Assembly (NCBI GenBank): GCA_964569245.1
Contig: CAZMTK010000008.1
Coordinates: forward strand, 30,938-94,937
DNA length: 64,000 nt
Source: an uncultured bacterium
GTDB lineage: Bacteria; Fermentibacterota; Fermentibacteria; Fermentibacterales; Fermentibacteraceae
Reading direction: 5' to 3'
A program made the translations under genes and the position numbers. The first letter of the stretch is position 1, and each line of letters starts with the position of its first letter. The notes below the pieces were generated by a model that saw nothing but the letters and a program-made list of their open reading frames with translations, made no database searches and was not told the origin of the DNA. This document shows positions 9,358 to 18,900 of the stretch, piece by piece.

Positions 9358-11013
9358 ATGAGAAAGTTGCTTCTGCTGGTCCTGCTGGTCTCCGCTACTT
9401 CCTGCACCACCTCCGTGCGGGAGAGCGGGGATTCCTGCTCCGCAGCACGCGCCGCCATCGCCCGGGGCGACTTCGAGGAGGCCCTCGCGATCATAGAGGA
9501 CGCCGTTTCAAGCTCTCCTTCGGACCCGATGATGCCCGAGTGGCTCCTGGCTCGCGCCGAAGCCCTTGCGGGCCTGGGAAGGACGCCGGAAGCCGTGCAG
9601 GAGGCCTCGGGAGTCCTCCAGTCGGCTGGCGGAGGATCCGTCAGGGGCAGGGCAGGGCTCCTTGTCGCCGAGCTCGAGGAGAGCCTCGGAAGACACTCCA
9701 GATGCCTCCAGGCGCTCGGCTCGATAGATCTCGAATGGCTTTCCCAGAGCGACGCGGAACGAGCCCGCGAACTGGCCGGTTCGTGCCTCGTGTCGGTTCC
9801 TTCAGGAGACCTCCCCGGATTGCGAAGGGACGACTGGCTGGAGCCATACGTGCTCCTCGAGACCTACAGGAGGAGGATGTCGGAAGGCGACGCGGACAGG
9901 GCTCTCCTCGTCCGATCGGAGCTGGACAGGCTCTACCCGGGATTCATGGACAGGACGATCCCGTCCGACTCCTTGATACCGCCGGAGAGGGCGTACATAG
10001 CCGTGCTGCTCCCCATGACCGGCGACGGCTCCGTGTACGCGGCACAGATCGAGAAGGGAGCATCCATGGCCTTCCAGAGGTCGGCAGACCTCCTGCGGCA
10101 GTGCCCGGAGCGCGTCCTGTTCGATACTCGGGGGAACCTGGAGGTTCTCGTCGAAGACGCAGTTCAGCTTGCCGCCGACCCCCGCTGCATCGCGGTGCTC
10201 GGCCCCATGACCAGCAGGGAGACTGTGGAGATAGCCGCCACGGCCTCGGCCGGAGGCCTGCCTTTCCTGTCCCCCAGCGCCACTTCGTCGGATGTCGACC
10301 GGCTGGGCGACTACGTGCACAGGCTGGTCCCCGGCGGTACGGACGAGGCTGCCGTGATGGCCGAGGTGGCCGTGCGCGACTCCGGCTGCACGAGGCTGGC
10401 GATACTCCACAGCTACACCCAGGCGTCGGTCTCGCAGGCGGAGCAGTTCGCGGCAACTGTCGAGCGCATGGGGGCGCAGGTCGTCGCCACGAGGGGGTTC
10501 AACTCGGAGGATACGGATTTCAAGGACCAGATCATAGCTATGAGGGCTCTGCGGCCCGACGGGATCTTCCTCCCGGTGACCGCGTGGGAGGCGATACAGA
10601 TCGCACCTCAGCTGAGGTTCTATTCGCTGGACGTCCCGATGTTCGGGACGTCAGGATGGGACAGCGACGTGGTGCTCCGTCTCGGAGGCGAGTCCGTCGA
10701 GGGGGCCGTGTTCACGGCGGCCTTCGGCACCGGCTCCCTCTATCCCCCGACCGCCCGGTTCGTCTTCAACTACCGGAGGCAGTTCTCGGAGGAGCCCACG
10801 CTGCTCGCTGCGCAGGGATACGATGCCGCAGGGGTGCTGCTGGCGGCGTGGTCTTCCGGGTGCCGCACCAGACAGGCTATCGAGGACTTCCTGAGAGAAC
10901 TCGACCACTACGACGGAGCCTCGGGCAGGATCACCATCGGGGCGAGAACGGAGACCAGGGCGTCCTGGCCGCTCGTGCGGATCACAGGCGGGGAAGCGCT
11001 GGGAGTTGAGTAG
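9358..11013 (+). CDS. LpoA-like lipoprotein: N-terminal TPR region plus type-1 periplasmic binding protein (Peripla_BP_6/ANF-receptor) fold
   Basis: Start MRKLLLL at 9358 after GGAGGG. Lipoprotein-type signal with Cys (SATSC). C-terminal ~350 aa resemble the Leu/Ile/Val-binding protein family (YIAVLLPMTGDGS...). Confidence 0.6.
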   Translation: MRKLLLLVLLVSATSCTTSVRESGDSCSAARAAIARGDFEEALAIIEDAVSSSPSDPMMPEWLLARAEALAGLGRTPEAVQEASGVLQSAGGGSVRGRAGLLVAELEESLGRHSRCLQALGSIDLEWLSQSDAERARELAGSCLVSVPSGDLPGLRRDDWLEPYVLLETYRRRMSEGDADRALLVRSELDRLYPGFMDRTIPSDSLIPPERAYIAVLLPMTGDGSVYAAQIEKGASMAFQRSADLLRQCPERVLFDTRGNLEVLVEDAVQLAADPRCIAVLGPMTSRETVEIAATASAGGLPFLSPSATSSDVDRLGDYVHRLVPGGTDEAAVMAEVAVRDSGCTRLAILHSYTQASVSQAEQFAATVERMGAQVVATRGFNSEDTDFKDQIIAMRALRPDGIFLPVTAWEAIQIAPQLRFYSLDVPMFGTSGWDSDVVLRLGGESVEGAVFTAAFGTGSLYPPTARFVFNYRRQFSEEPTLLAAQGYDAAGVLLAAWSSGCRTRQAIEDFLRELDHYDGASGRITIGARTETRASWPLVRITGGEALGVE

Positions 11014-11887
11014 CTTCTGGGGAATCGACATCGGCGGCAGCACCGTTGTCGTAGGGAGGCTGGAGGAGGACGGACGCTTCGTCCGCACGGCCGTCCTGGA
11101 CAACACCGGCGGGCTCGACCCCGTGCGAGTGCTGGCGGCAGCCTCTTCGGCGATACTCGCGGAGGACCCCTCGCCCAGGGGCATCGGGGTCGGCATCGCG
11201 GGGCTGGTGGACAGGGAAGCCGGAATCCTGCACTTCTCCCCCAACCTGCCCTCGTGGGGGGGGCTCGACGTGGCCGGCGAGCTATCGGGCATCTCGGGCT
11301 CCAGGGTGATCGTGGACAACGACTGCAACGTCTTCGCCTGGGGTGCGCTTGCGACGGGACGCATCCCCCCGCTGGGCACGAGTCTCATGATCACGATAGG
11401 AACCGGGATAGGCGGCTCGATAGTCTTCGACGGCAGGATCGCCTACGGCACCGGCTTCGCCGGTGAGTTCGGCCACATGCCTGTGGAGGCGGAGGGCGTC
11501 CCCTGTGCGTGCGGTTCCCGGGGCTGCTGGGAGATGTATGCAGCCAAGAGCGCCCTGGTCCGGTACAACCTTCGCGAGGGTGGCCGATGCCGGGATCCGG
11601 AGGGCATCTCTGCCCTGGCGAGATCGGGCGACCGAGCCGCCCTTTCGGCCTGCAGCGAGCTCGGCAGGTGGCTGGGAACCGGGCTTGCAGGGCTCGCCAA
11701 CTGCTTCAGCCCATGCGGCTTCTATCTGGCGGGCGGTCTGACCGGTTCGTGGGACCTGTTCGAACCCGCGGCGCGCCGCGAGTACTCTTCGAGGTGCAGG
11801 CACCCATGGTGCGTCAACCTCCTGGACAGCCCCTCCGACGCAGGCGCGGCCGGAGCGGCGATGATGGCGAGGGACTCCCTGCCGTGA
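11006..11887 (+). CDS. ROK family sugar kinase (glucokinase / N-acetylglucosamine kinase-like)
   Basis: TTG start overlapping the LpoA-like stop. ROK motifs IDIGGS, GIGIAG, CNVFAWGAL and the zinc motif CACGSRGCWE. Confidence 0.85.
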   Translation: MSSFWGIDIGGSTVVVGRLEEDGRFVRTAVLDNTGGLDPVRVLAAASSAILAEDPSPRGIGVGIAGLVDREAGILHFSPNLPSWGGLDVAGELSGISGSRVIVDNDCNVFAWGALATGRIPPLGTSLMITIGTGIGGSIVFDGRIAYGTGFAGEFGHMPVEAEGVPCACGSRGCWEMYAAKSALVRYNLREGGRCRDPEGISALARSGDRAALSACSELGRWLGTGLAGLANCFSPCGFYLAGGLTGSWDLFEPAARREYSSRCRHPWCVNLLDSPSDAGAAGAAMMARDSLP

Positions 11888-11892
11888 CTCCG

Positions 11893-14082
11893 ATGGTCGT
11901 CCTGGTGCTGGCGCTCTCGGGCCAGGAGCCGGACTCCGTCCTGCCGGCGGATTCCGTCGCGCTCCAGATGGAGAACATAGCGTACGCCTCCGATTCGCTG
12001 GTCTTCTTCCCATCCTCGCGCAACATCGTGCTCGTGGGCGCTTCCAGGATCGACTACAGGGACATGACGCTCGAAGCGGACACCGTGATGTACGACGCGG
12101 GCGCTGGCTCGGTCGAGGCATCGGGCTCGCCCCAGCTCACAGACCGCGGAGAGTCCATAAGGGGCGGAAGGATGTACTACAGCCTCGTCACCAGGCGGGG
12201 ACGAATAGACGACCCGGACTCCAGGTACGAGTTCGGATACTACACCGGAACCACCGTGACCCAGGTGGGCAGGCGCGAGTTCAACATCACCGACGCCAGG
12301 TTCACTACGTGCTCCGAAGACTCGGCCCACTACTACTTCTTCAGCCCGGAGATGAAGGTCTTCCAGAACGACAGGGCTGTCGCGAGGCCTGTCTACATGT
12401 ACGTGGAGGACACGCCGGTCTTCTACTTCCCCTGGTGGGTCTTCCCGATCAGGACGGGCAGGCAGTCAGGCTTCACGATCCCCAAGTTCGGACAGACCTC
12501 CCGCGACGGGCGCTACCTGAGGGACCTCGGCTACTATTTCGCCTTCTCGGACTACCTGGACCTCCTCGTGTCGGGCGACATAATGGACAAGAGCCGCGTA
12601 GCCCTTTCCGCCCGGGAGAGGCACGTTCTCAGGTACGTCCACCACGGAAGCGCGGAAGTCGAGTGGCGCAGGGAGTTCCAGACCGGTTTGGACAGATGGA
12701 GGCTTTTCGGAGAGCACATTCACGACTTCTCGGACGGCTCCTCCGCACGGCTCCGAGGCGAGGTGCTGAGCGACAGGAGCTATCTGAAGGAAACCCAGCA
12801 GACGCCCGAGGCCAGGATGAACAACGAGATCAGGTCCTGGGCGAACTTCTCGCGGCCCTTCGGACGGGCATCCCTGCAGCTTACGCTCGACAGGACCGCA
12901 TACCTCGGCACTGATCCGGACAGCATCCCTGACGAGACCGAATCCGTTCAGAGCCTTCCTGATGCAAGGCTGACAGTACCTTCGGCCCCGCTGTTCGAAG
13001 CCCCGGCTGATCCCTCGAGGAGAAGGCCCTGGCACTCCCTCTACTGGAATCTGTCCGCCCACTACCTCTCGATGGACACGAGGAGGGAGGATTCCAGGGA
13101 GACGCACTCGGGGCTGAGGGCGCAGTCGGACATCACCGGCTCGTGGAAGCCGTGGGAGATCCTCGCATTGTCGCCGAGAGTGACAGGCACGGCCACGGTC
13201 TACGACAGGGACAGGCTGGGGGACAGGTACCCCTGGTGGCTCGCGGGTTCCGCCGGGGTCTCTGCCTCCACCGACATCTACGGAACATTCCCCACGGTGC
13301 TCCTGGGATTCTCGGCGCTCAGGCACACCATCACCCCCTCCGCAACCCTGGGATGGGTGCCGGACACCTACCTCGCCTACGGGGACGGAGGGCTTTCGCC
13401 CGCCCCGGCGGACTCCGCGGACGACACCTACTACAGCTTCTCCGACTTCAGAGCCCCCTCGCCGGGCACTTCGCTGAGGCTTGGCCTGTTCCAGAGCCTG
13501 GAGGCGAAGAGGGTCTCCGGCGACAGGGTGGAGAGGGTGGAGCTGGCGACCCTCGAGCTGTCCGTCACTGCCGACCTTGCTGGCGCGGACACGGTTTTCT
13601 CTCCGCTCGCCGCGAGGCTGACGCTGACTCCCGGAAGCGCGCTGGGGCTCTCGGCCGACGCCTCGTGGGACCTCTACTCCTCCGAGCTCGAGCAGATAGA
13701 CTTCACGACCACCCTGCGCCTCGCCGGACAGGACCAGACCCTGGTCCCGGATTCCGCCAGGTCGGCCCAGTCGGGCCTCCCGCTCCGCCTCTCAATGTCC
13801 CACTACTACAGGCTCGGGATCGGCGACGAAAGCGACCTGAGCAAGCTGAGGGCCTCGGCAGCCCTCTCGCTCAGCCCTTCCTGGTCGCTCCAGTACGACG
13901 CCTACTACGACGTCCTCGAAGGGTCCTTCGTCAGCCAGTCCTACACCCTCAGAAGGGATCTCCACTGCTGGGAGGCGATGTTCGTGAGGCACGTCTCCGA
14001 TGTGGACACCGGATTCTACTTCCGGATAAACATCAAGGATCTCCCCGACATAAAGATCGAGCAGCACGTCAGCAGCTTCTGA
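11893..14082 (+). CDS. lptD: LPS-assembly outer membrane protein LptD (OstA family)
   Basis: ATG at 11893 (or GTG at 11884) just after the ROK stop. Signal peptide, OstA-like N-terminal domain, the hallmark PVFYFPWWVFPI motif and a long beta-barrel region. The upstream part of the 857-aa track ORF overlaps ROK out of frame and is rejected. Confidence 0.7.
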   Translation: MVVLVLALSGQEPDSVLPADSVALQMENIAYASDSLVFFPSSRNIVLVGASRIDYRDMTLEADTVMYDAGAGSVEASGSPQLTDRGESIRGGRMYYSLVTRRGRIDDPDSRYEFGYYTGTTVTQVGRREFNITDARFTTCSEDSAHYYFFSPEMKVFQNDRAVARPVYMYVEDTPVFYFPWWVFPIRTGRQSGFTIPKFGQTSRDGRYLRDLGYYFAFSDYLDLLVSGDIMDKSRVALSARERHVLRYVHHGSAEVEWRREFQTGLDRWRLFGEHIHDFSDGSSARLRGEVLSDRSYLKETQQTPEARMNNEIRSWANFSRPFGRASLQLTLDRTAYLGTDPDSIPDETESVQSLPDARLTVPSAPLFEAPADPSRRRPWHSLYWNLSAHYLSMDTRREDSRETHSGLRAQSDITGSWKPWEILALSPRVTGTATVYDRDRLGDRYPWWLAGSAGVSASTDIYGTFPTVLLGFSALRHTITPSATLGWVPDTYLAYGDGGLSPAPADSADDTYYSFSDFRAPSPGTSLRLGLFQSLEAKRVSGDRVERVELATLELSVTADLAGADTVFSPLAARLTLTPGSALGLSADASWDLYSSELEQIDFTTTLRLAGQDQTLVPDSARSAQSGLPLRLSMSHYYRLGIGDESDLSKLRASAALSLSPSWSLQYDAYYDVLEGSFVSQSYTLRRDLHCWEAMFVRHVSDVDTGFYFRINIKDLPDIKIEQHVSSF

Positions 14083-14092
14083 GGAGGCCGGA

Positions 14093-14629
14093 ATGGACGG
14101 CGGCAGGATGGACGTTCTGAAGGGCGCGATACTCCTCGAGAGGAGCGGCAGCGCTCTCTATTCGGGCCTGGCTTCCGGGTCGGCCGTTCAGGCCCTTCGC
14201 ATGCTCTTCGGCAGGCTGGCGGACGAGGAGGAGATTCACAGGGCCTGGCTGGAGAGGATCTTCATCGAGGTCTCGACGGAGGGAACGGATTCGGGGTTCT
14301 CCGCGGCCCTCCCGCCGCGCAACCGCGTCATCGAGGGCGTTCTCACGGATGAGGTGGCCGGCGGGATTGCATCCGCGTCCTTCGAATCCGCCGCCGTGGC
14401 GGCTGCGAGGGCTCTGGAGGAGCGGGCTGTCGCGTACTATGCGCATGGCGCTGCAGGCGCGGCGGACCCGGGCGAGGCCGGGTTCTACCGGATGCTCTCA
14501 GAATGGGAGGAGGAGCACCTCGAGGCGCTGACGCGCATCGAGAGCAGTCTTCACGATTCCGCCATGCGCGACGGCGGGCTGTGGTCGTCGATTGCTCGAG
14601 AGAGATCTGACGAAGCCGGCTTCAATTGA
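14093..14629 (+). CDS. Ferritin-like / rubrerythrin-family diiron protein (no rubredoxin domain)
   Basis: 178 aa with two E-x-x-H-containing helices (EEEIHRAW ... EEEHLEAL). RBS GAGGAGG precedes the ATG. Confidence 0.6.
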   Translation: MDGGRMDVLKGAILLERSGSALYSGLASGSAVQALRMLFGRLADEEEIHRAWLERIFIEVSTEGTDSGFSAALPPRNRVIEGVLTDEVAGGIASASFESAAVAAARALEERAVAYYAHGAAGAADPGEAGFYRMLSEWEEEHLEALTRIESSLHDSAMRDGGLWSSIARERSDEAGFN

Positions 14630-14699
14630 TAACCGTGAATAAATCGCTGCTTGTGCTCGGGAGCCCCGTGATAGTCCGCTCTTGCGTCCGCCAGTGCGC

Positions 14700-14728
14700 T
14701 TGACAGCGCGTTCTGATGAGCCTACACT
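14700..14728 (+). promoter_or_regulatory. Candidate sigma70-type promoter of the HU gene (TTGACA-N17-TACACT)
   Basis: TTGACA at 14700-14705, 17-nt spacer, TACACT at 14723-14728. The predicted TSS falls after the track ATG at 14729, which supports the GTG start at 14762 with AAGGGGG RBS. Confidence 0.4.
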
Positions 14729-14761
14729 ATGCGCTGGGGTTGTCCGAAAGGGGGTGACTCG

Positions 14762-15061
14762 GTGACAAAGAAGGATCTGGTTGCGCACGTCTCCGTGAAG
14801 GCCGGCCTGACGAAGAGGCAGGCCGGGATGGCTGTCGATGCTCTCCTCGACGGCATCACCAACGCCATTCTCGCTCCGGAGGGCAAGGTCAGCCTCGTGG
14901 GCTTCGGCACGTTCTCGAACAAGCAGAGAGCCGCCCGGACTGGTGTGGATCCCCAGAAGGGCACCAAGCGGGTGTTCCCGGCGAAGCGCGTTCCGCACTT
15001 CAAGGCCGGCAAGTCTCTCAAGGACCTTGTCGAGAAGGGCAAGAAGGGCAAGAAGCGCTAG
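14762..15061 (+). CDS. hup: DNA-binding protein HU (bacterial histone-like)
   Basis: VTKKDLV... start; HU signature GFGTF and arm residues RNPQTG-like (RTGVDPQKG). Lys-rich C-terminal tail. Confidence 0.9.
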   Translation: MTKKDLVAHVSVKAGLTKRQAGMAVDALLDGITNAILAPEGKVSLVGFGTFSNKQRAARTGVDPQKGTKRVFPAKRVPHFKAGKSLKDLVEKGKKGKKR

Positions 15062-15075
15062 GCTCCGGGCTCTTG

Positions 15076-15112
15076 GGCGGGGAGGCTCCTGACGGGTCCT
15101 CCCCGCCTTTTT
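15076..15112 (+). terminator. Rho-independent terminator after hup
   Basis: Perfect 10-bp GC stem GGCGGGGAGG / CCTCCCCGCC (15076-15085 / 15098-15107) followed by TTTTT. Confidence 0.6.
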
Positions 15113-15125
15113 CGCATCCAGGGAT

Positions 15126-15926
15126 ATGCCTGCCGAACTCTCTGTGGTGATCACGACCTTCAACAGCGTCTCCTTCATAAGGGGAGCGCTGTCGTCGCTG
15201 GCGGCCCTTCCTCCGTCAGAGGCGCCTGCCGCAGTGACTGTCGTGGACAACTGCTCGAGCGACGGAACGGCCGATGCGGCCGCCTCATTCGAAGGAGTCC
15301 GCGTCATCCGCAACGCCAGGAACCTGGGGCTCGCGAAGGCCAACAACATCGGCGCAGCAGCGTCGCCGCCGGGCAGCATCCTGTTCCTGAATCCCGACGT
15401 CACGGTGCGCCCCGGCGCGGTTGGCGCCCTGCTGGAGCTCGAGCGCGGACAGCCTGGGGCGGCGCTCGTTGGTCCAGCGCTCGCAGCCCCGGACGGGACT
15501 CCCCAGCATCCGGCCAGGACGTTCCCCACCCTCGCGGACATCGCCGCGAGGCGGACTCCGCTGGGCCGACTCCCCTCCTCGAGGAGGAGGGTGGAACGCC
15601 ATTTCGCGCCTTCGTCCGCATCGTCGCCCTGCACGGTGGACTGGATCGTGGGCGCAGCGATGCTTCTGACCTCCAGCGGCAGGGAGAGGCTCGGGCCGAT
15701 GTCCGAGCGCTTCTTCCTGTACTTCGAGGATGTCGAATGGTGCTGGAGGGCCTGGAAGGAGGGCATGGAGGTCTGGTACCACCCGGGCGCGAGGCTCGTT
15801 CACGTAGCCAGGCGCGAGAGCTCGGGCCGTCCCGGCAGGGCGGCGTGGCTCCATCTGCTGAGCATGCTTAGATTCTATCTCATGCACCCTTCCGCGCTCA
15901 CGGGAACGAGGCCCTCGGCCAGGTGA
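15126..15926 (+). CDS. Glycosyltransferase family 2
   Basis: N-terminal SVVITTFN...DNCSSDGT motifs, DxD-like ED; 266 aa. Confidence 0.8.
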   Translation: MPAELSVVITTFNSVSFIRGALSSLAALPPSEAPAAVTVVDNCSSDGTADAAASFEGVRVIRNARNLGLAKANNIGAAASPPGSILFLNPDVTVRPGAVGALLELERGQPGAALVGPALAAPDGTPQHPARTFPTLADIAARRTPLGRLPSSRRRVERHFAPSSASSPCTVDWIVGAAMLLTSSGRERLGPMSERFFLYFEDVEWCWRAWKEGMEVWYHPGARLVHVARRESSGRPGRAAWLHLLSMLRFYLMHPSALTGTRPSAR

Positions 15927-17350
15927 GCAGGCGCCCGGCGCTTCGTCTGGCCATCCCGGCCGGAGACTTCGCTCTCGTGATCGGAGTCTTCATGCTGGGC
16001 TACTGGCTCAGGCACTTCGCCCTTCCCTCAGCAGCGCCCGGAATCTTCGGCGAGCCCGGCGCATTCAGGCTCTCTGCATACCAGTACCTCGTCTCGGGCG
16101 CGGTCATGGGAGGGGTCCAGGTGCTCATCCTGCAGGCCTTCGGAGCCTACCGAGGCGAGTGGGGTCTTGCCCACATAGAGGAGCTCGCCTGGATCCTCAG
16201 ATCCTCCTTCATGGCCGTAGTCATCGCCTTCGCGGTGAGCTTCGTCACGAAGCAGCTGTTCTTCTCGAGGTTCGTCCTTGTCTTTGCATTTCCCGTGAAC
16301 TCGGTCGTTCTCGCGATATGGCACTGGGTCTGCAGGCGGGCGGTCAGGTCTGCCGCCCGCCGCAGAGGGATGGCAAGGAGGACGGTGTTCTACGGCTGCG
16401 GCAGACTCGCGGCGGATCTGGCGGCCCACATGGAGGGCAAGGCGGAGGTTCCGTCCCGCGTGCTGGGCTTCGTGAGGCCCGAGGGCTCATCCGATCCGCC
16501 GGCCGTCCCGGCAGAGGCGCGACCGCAGGACCTCGAGGCGTGGCTCACAGAGAGGTCGGTGGATCTGCTGGTCATCGCCGACACGAGCATCCCCCGCGAC
16601 GAGACAGCCGCAGCGATCATCGCCTGCGAGCACGCGGGCATCTCCTACATGCTGGTCCCGGACATCTTCGCCCTCATGAGCCTGACGACCAGGGTCGCCG
16701 GCATTGGCGGCACGACCCTCGTCCAGTCGGTCCCCCCTCCGCTCAGGGGCTTCAGATCGCTTCTCAAGAGAGCCTTGGATCTCTCGGTCACGCTGATCCT
16801 GCTGCCTGCCCTCGCACCGCTCTTTCTGGCCATCGCAGCGCTGATCGCGGCCGACTCGGGCTTCCCGGTCTTCTATGCGCAGAAGCGTCTGGGAAGGGAC
16901 AACAGGCCCTTCCGGATGATCAAGTTCAGGTCCATGCGGGTGGGAGCCGACCGCGAGAAAGACCTCCTCTCGGGGATGAACGAGGCTTCGGGCCCCCTTT
17001 TCAAGATGAGGCGCGACCCCAGAGTCACCAGGGCCGGCCGCCTTCTTCGCCGATGGAGCCTGGACGAGCTGCCGCAGCTCTTCAACGTCCTGGCCGGACA
17101 CATGAGCCTCGTGGGGCCGAGACCTCCGCTGCCCGAAGAGGTCGAGCGATATTCCGAACGCCATCTCAAGCGTCTTCAGACGGTGCCGGGCATCACGGGC
17201 ATCTGGCAGGTGTCGGGCAGAAGCCAGCTCAGCTTCGAGGAGATGGTGAAGCTGGACGTCTACTACGTTGACAACTGGTCCATCTGGCTCGACCTGTCGA
17301 TCCTGCTGCTGACCGTCCCGGCGGCGCTGTCGCGCAGGGGCGCCTACTGA
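15923..17350 (+). CDS. Polyprenyl-phosphate sugar phosphotransferase (bacterial sugar transferase, WbaP/EpsB-like initiating enzyme)
   Basis: Multi-TM N-terminus plus the conserved C-terminal catalytic domain (KRxxD...PxFYxQxRxG...KFRSM...DELPQLxNVLxGxMSLVGPRP). ATGA overlap with the upstream GT2. Confidence 0.85.
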   Translation: MSRRPALRLAIPAGDFALVIGVFMLGYWLRHFALPSAAPGIFGEPGAFRLSAYQYLVSGAVMGGVQVLILQAFGAYRGEWGLAHIEELAWILRSSFMAVVIAFAVSFVTKQLFFSRFVLVFAFPVNSVVLAIWHWVCRRAVRSAARRRGMARRTVFYGCGRLAADLAAHMEGKAEVPSRVLGFVRPEGSSDPPAVPAEARPQDLEAWLTERSVDLLVIADTSIPRDETAAAIIACEHAGISYMLVPDIFALMSLTTRVAGIGGTTLVQSVPPPLRGFRSLLKRALDLSVTLILLPALAPLFLAIAALIAADSGFPVFYAQKRLGRDNRPFRMIKFRSMRVGADREKDLLSGMNEASGPLFKMRRDPRVTRAGRLLRRWSLDELPQLFNVLAGHMSLVGPRPPLPEEVERYSERHLKRLQTVPGITGIWQVSGRSQLSFEEMVKLDVYYVDNWSIWLDLSILLLTVPAALSRRGAY

Positions 17351-17351
17351 G

Positions 17352-18866
17352 ATGGCGGGGCGCCCCGTCATCCGCCGGTCGGCGCTCGACCACCCCTCCA
17401 TCAGGTATCTCAGGGAGAACGTGATCGGGCGTGATTCGTACCTGGTCACCCCCTTCGGAAGGAAGCGGAGGATCTATCTCGACTACATCGCCTCCGGGCT
17501 GCCGTTCAAGCCGGTGGAGGACCTGATCTCGAAGGAGGTCCTGCCCTGGATGGCGAACACCCACAGCGAGGGCAGCGAATCCAGCCGCCGAATGGCCTCG
17601 TTCATCTGCGACGCCAGGCGCACCGTGGCGGAAGCGCTGGGAGCAAGGGAAGACGATTCGGTGATCTTCACCGGCTCGGGCTCCACAGGGGCCATAAACC
17701 ACCTCATCATGGCGATGGGGCTCCGCGTGCCAGACCAGATCGCGAATGCATGCGGCTGCAGATCGAAGGTTCCCATGGAGTTCCGTCCGGTGGTGTTCCG
17801 GTCGAGGATGGAGCACCACTCCAACGACATAGCCTGGCGCGAGACGCTCGGCGACACGCGGTTCGTCGGATTCGACAGGCAGGGTCGCATCGACTGGAGG
17901 GATCTCGAGCGCCAGCTCGCGCTTCCCGAGGTGAGGGAGCGGAAGCTCCTGATCGGGACCTTCTCGGCCGCCTCGAATGTGACCGGGATACTGAACGACG
18001 TCGATGCGCTGGCCGAGGCCATGCACGCAGGAGGAGGCTTCGCATTCTTCGACTACGCCGCCGCGGCTCCCTATCTCACAGTGGACCTGCACCCGCCCGG
18101 AGGGGAGGGCCGCAGGAAGGACGCCGTCTTCATCTCCACCCACAAGTTCATGGGCGGACCCCAGACACCTGGGATACTGGCAGCCCGCAGGAGCCTGTTC
18201 TCCTCGGGAGTGCCGGTTGTTTCGGGCGGCGGAACGGTCCTCTTCACCTCTCCGTGGGATCACAGGTACCTCCCCGAGCTGGAATCCCGCGAGGAGGGCG
18301 GCACCCCGCCGATCGTCCAGATCATCAGGGCCGGCCTCGTGTTCAGGCTGAAGCAGGAGGTGGGCGCCGACCTGCTGGAGCGCGCGGAGGGAGAGCTGGC
18401 AGACAGAGTCATGAGACGCTTCGCCGCGAATCCGGCGATCGGCCTGCTGGGAAGCACCAGGGGGCGCAGGCTCGGGGTCTTCTCGTTCCTCCTGGACGAG
18501 GGAAGGCTCCACTACAAGCTCGCCGTCAGGCTTCTGAACGATCTACACGGCATCCAGGCCCGCTCCGGCTGCATGTGCGCGGGAACTTACGGACATCACC
18601 TGCTGCGTATCGGGAGGAGCGCCTCGAAGATCATCCGCTCGGCCATCGACAGCGGAGATGTCTGGTCGAAGCCCGGGTGGACGAGGATCTCGGTGTCGCC
18701 CCTCACCGATCCAGAGGACCTGGAACTCGCCCTGGACGCGATAGACTCGCTCTCGACAGGATATCGCGACTACGAAAGCCTCTACGAGAGGGACGACTCG
18801 GGGGAATACGTCTGGGCCGGCAGCGGCTTCAGCGGGGAGCCGCCGAGGCTGGAGCTTTCAATCTGA
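17352..18866 (+). CDS. Class-V aminotransferase-fold PLP-dependent enzyme (cysteine desulfurase/selenocysteine lyase-like)
   Basis: 504 aa; PLP-lysine context ISTHKFMGGPQTPGIL; class-V fold motifs. Confidence 0.75.
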   Translation: MAGRPVIRRSALDHPSIRYLRENVIGRDSYLVTPFGRKRRIYLDYIASGLPFKPVEDLISKEVLPWMANTHSEGSESSRRMASFICDARRTVAEALGAREDDSVIFTGSGSTGAINHLIMAMGLRVPDQIANACGCRSKVPMEFRPVVFRSRMEHHSNDIAWRETLGDTRFVGFDRQGRIDWRDLERQLALPEVRERKLLIGTFSAASNVTGILNDVDALAEAMHAGGGFAFFDYAAAAPYLTVDLHPPGGEGRRKDAVFISTHKFMGGPQTPGILAARRSLFSSGVPVVSGGGTVLFTSPWDHRYLPELESREEGGTPPIVQIIRAGLVFRLKQEVGADLLERAEGELADRVMRRFAANPAIGLLGSTRGRRLGVFSFLLDEGRLHYKLAVRLLNDLHGIQARSGCMCAGTYGHHLLRIGRSASKIIRSAIDSGDVWSKPGWTRISVSPLTDPEDLELALDAIDSLSTGYRDYESLYERDDSGEYVWAGSGFSGEPPRLELSI

Positions 18867-18900
18867 TCGGACGCCCGCATGTGTGCGGGGGGAAGGGAAC

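Noticed and set aside
9540-11009. 489-aa plus-strand ORF in an alternative frame of the LpoA-like gene
   Set aside because: Extremely Arg/Gly-rich (RRRGRG... runs) and overlaps in the same orientation a gene with a clear signal peptide and domain structure. A frame artefact.
11509-11892. 5' extension of the 857-aa lptD track ORF
   Set aside because: It overlaps the ROK kinase gene out of frame. The real LptD start (signal peptide MVVLVLALSG) begins right after the ROK stop.
11282-13326. Several 200-290-aa minus-strand ORFs antisense to ROK and lptD (11282-12121, 11722-12330, 12466-13326)
   Set aside because: Antisense to strongly supported genes; low-complexity composition.
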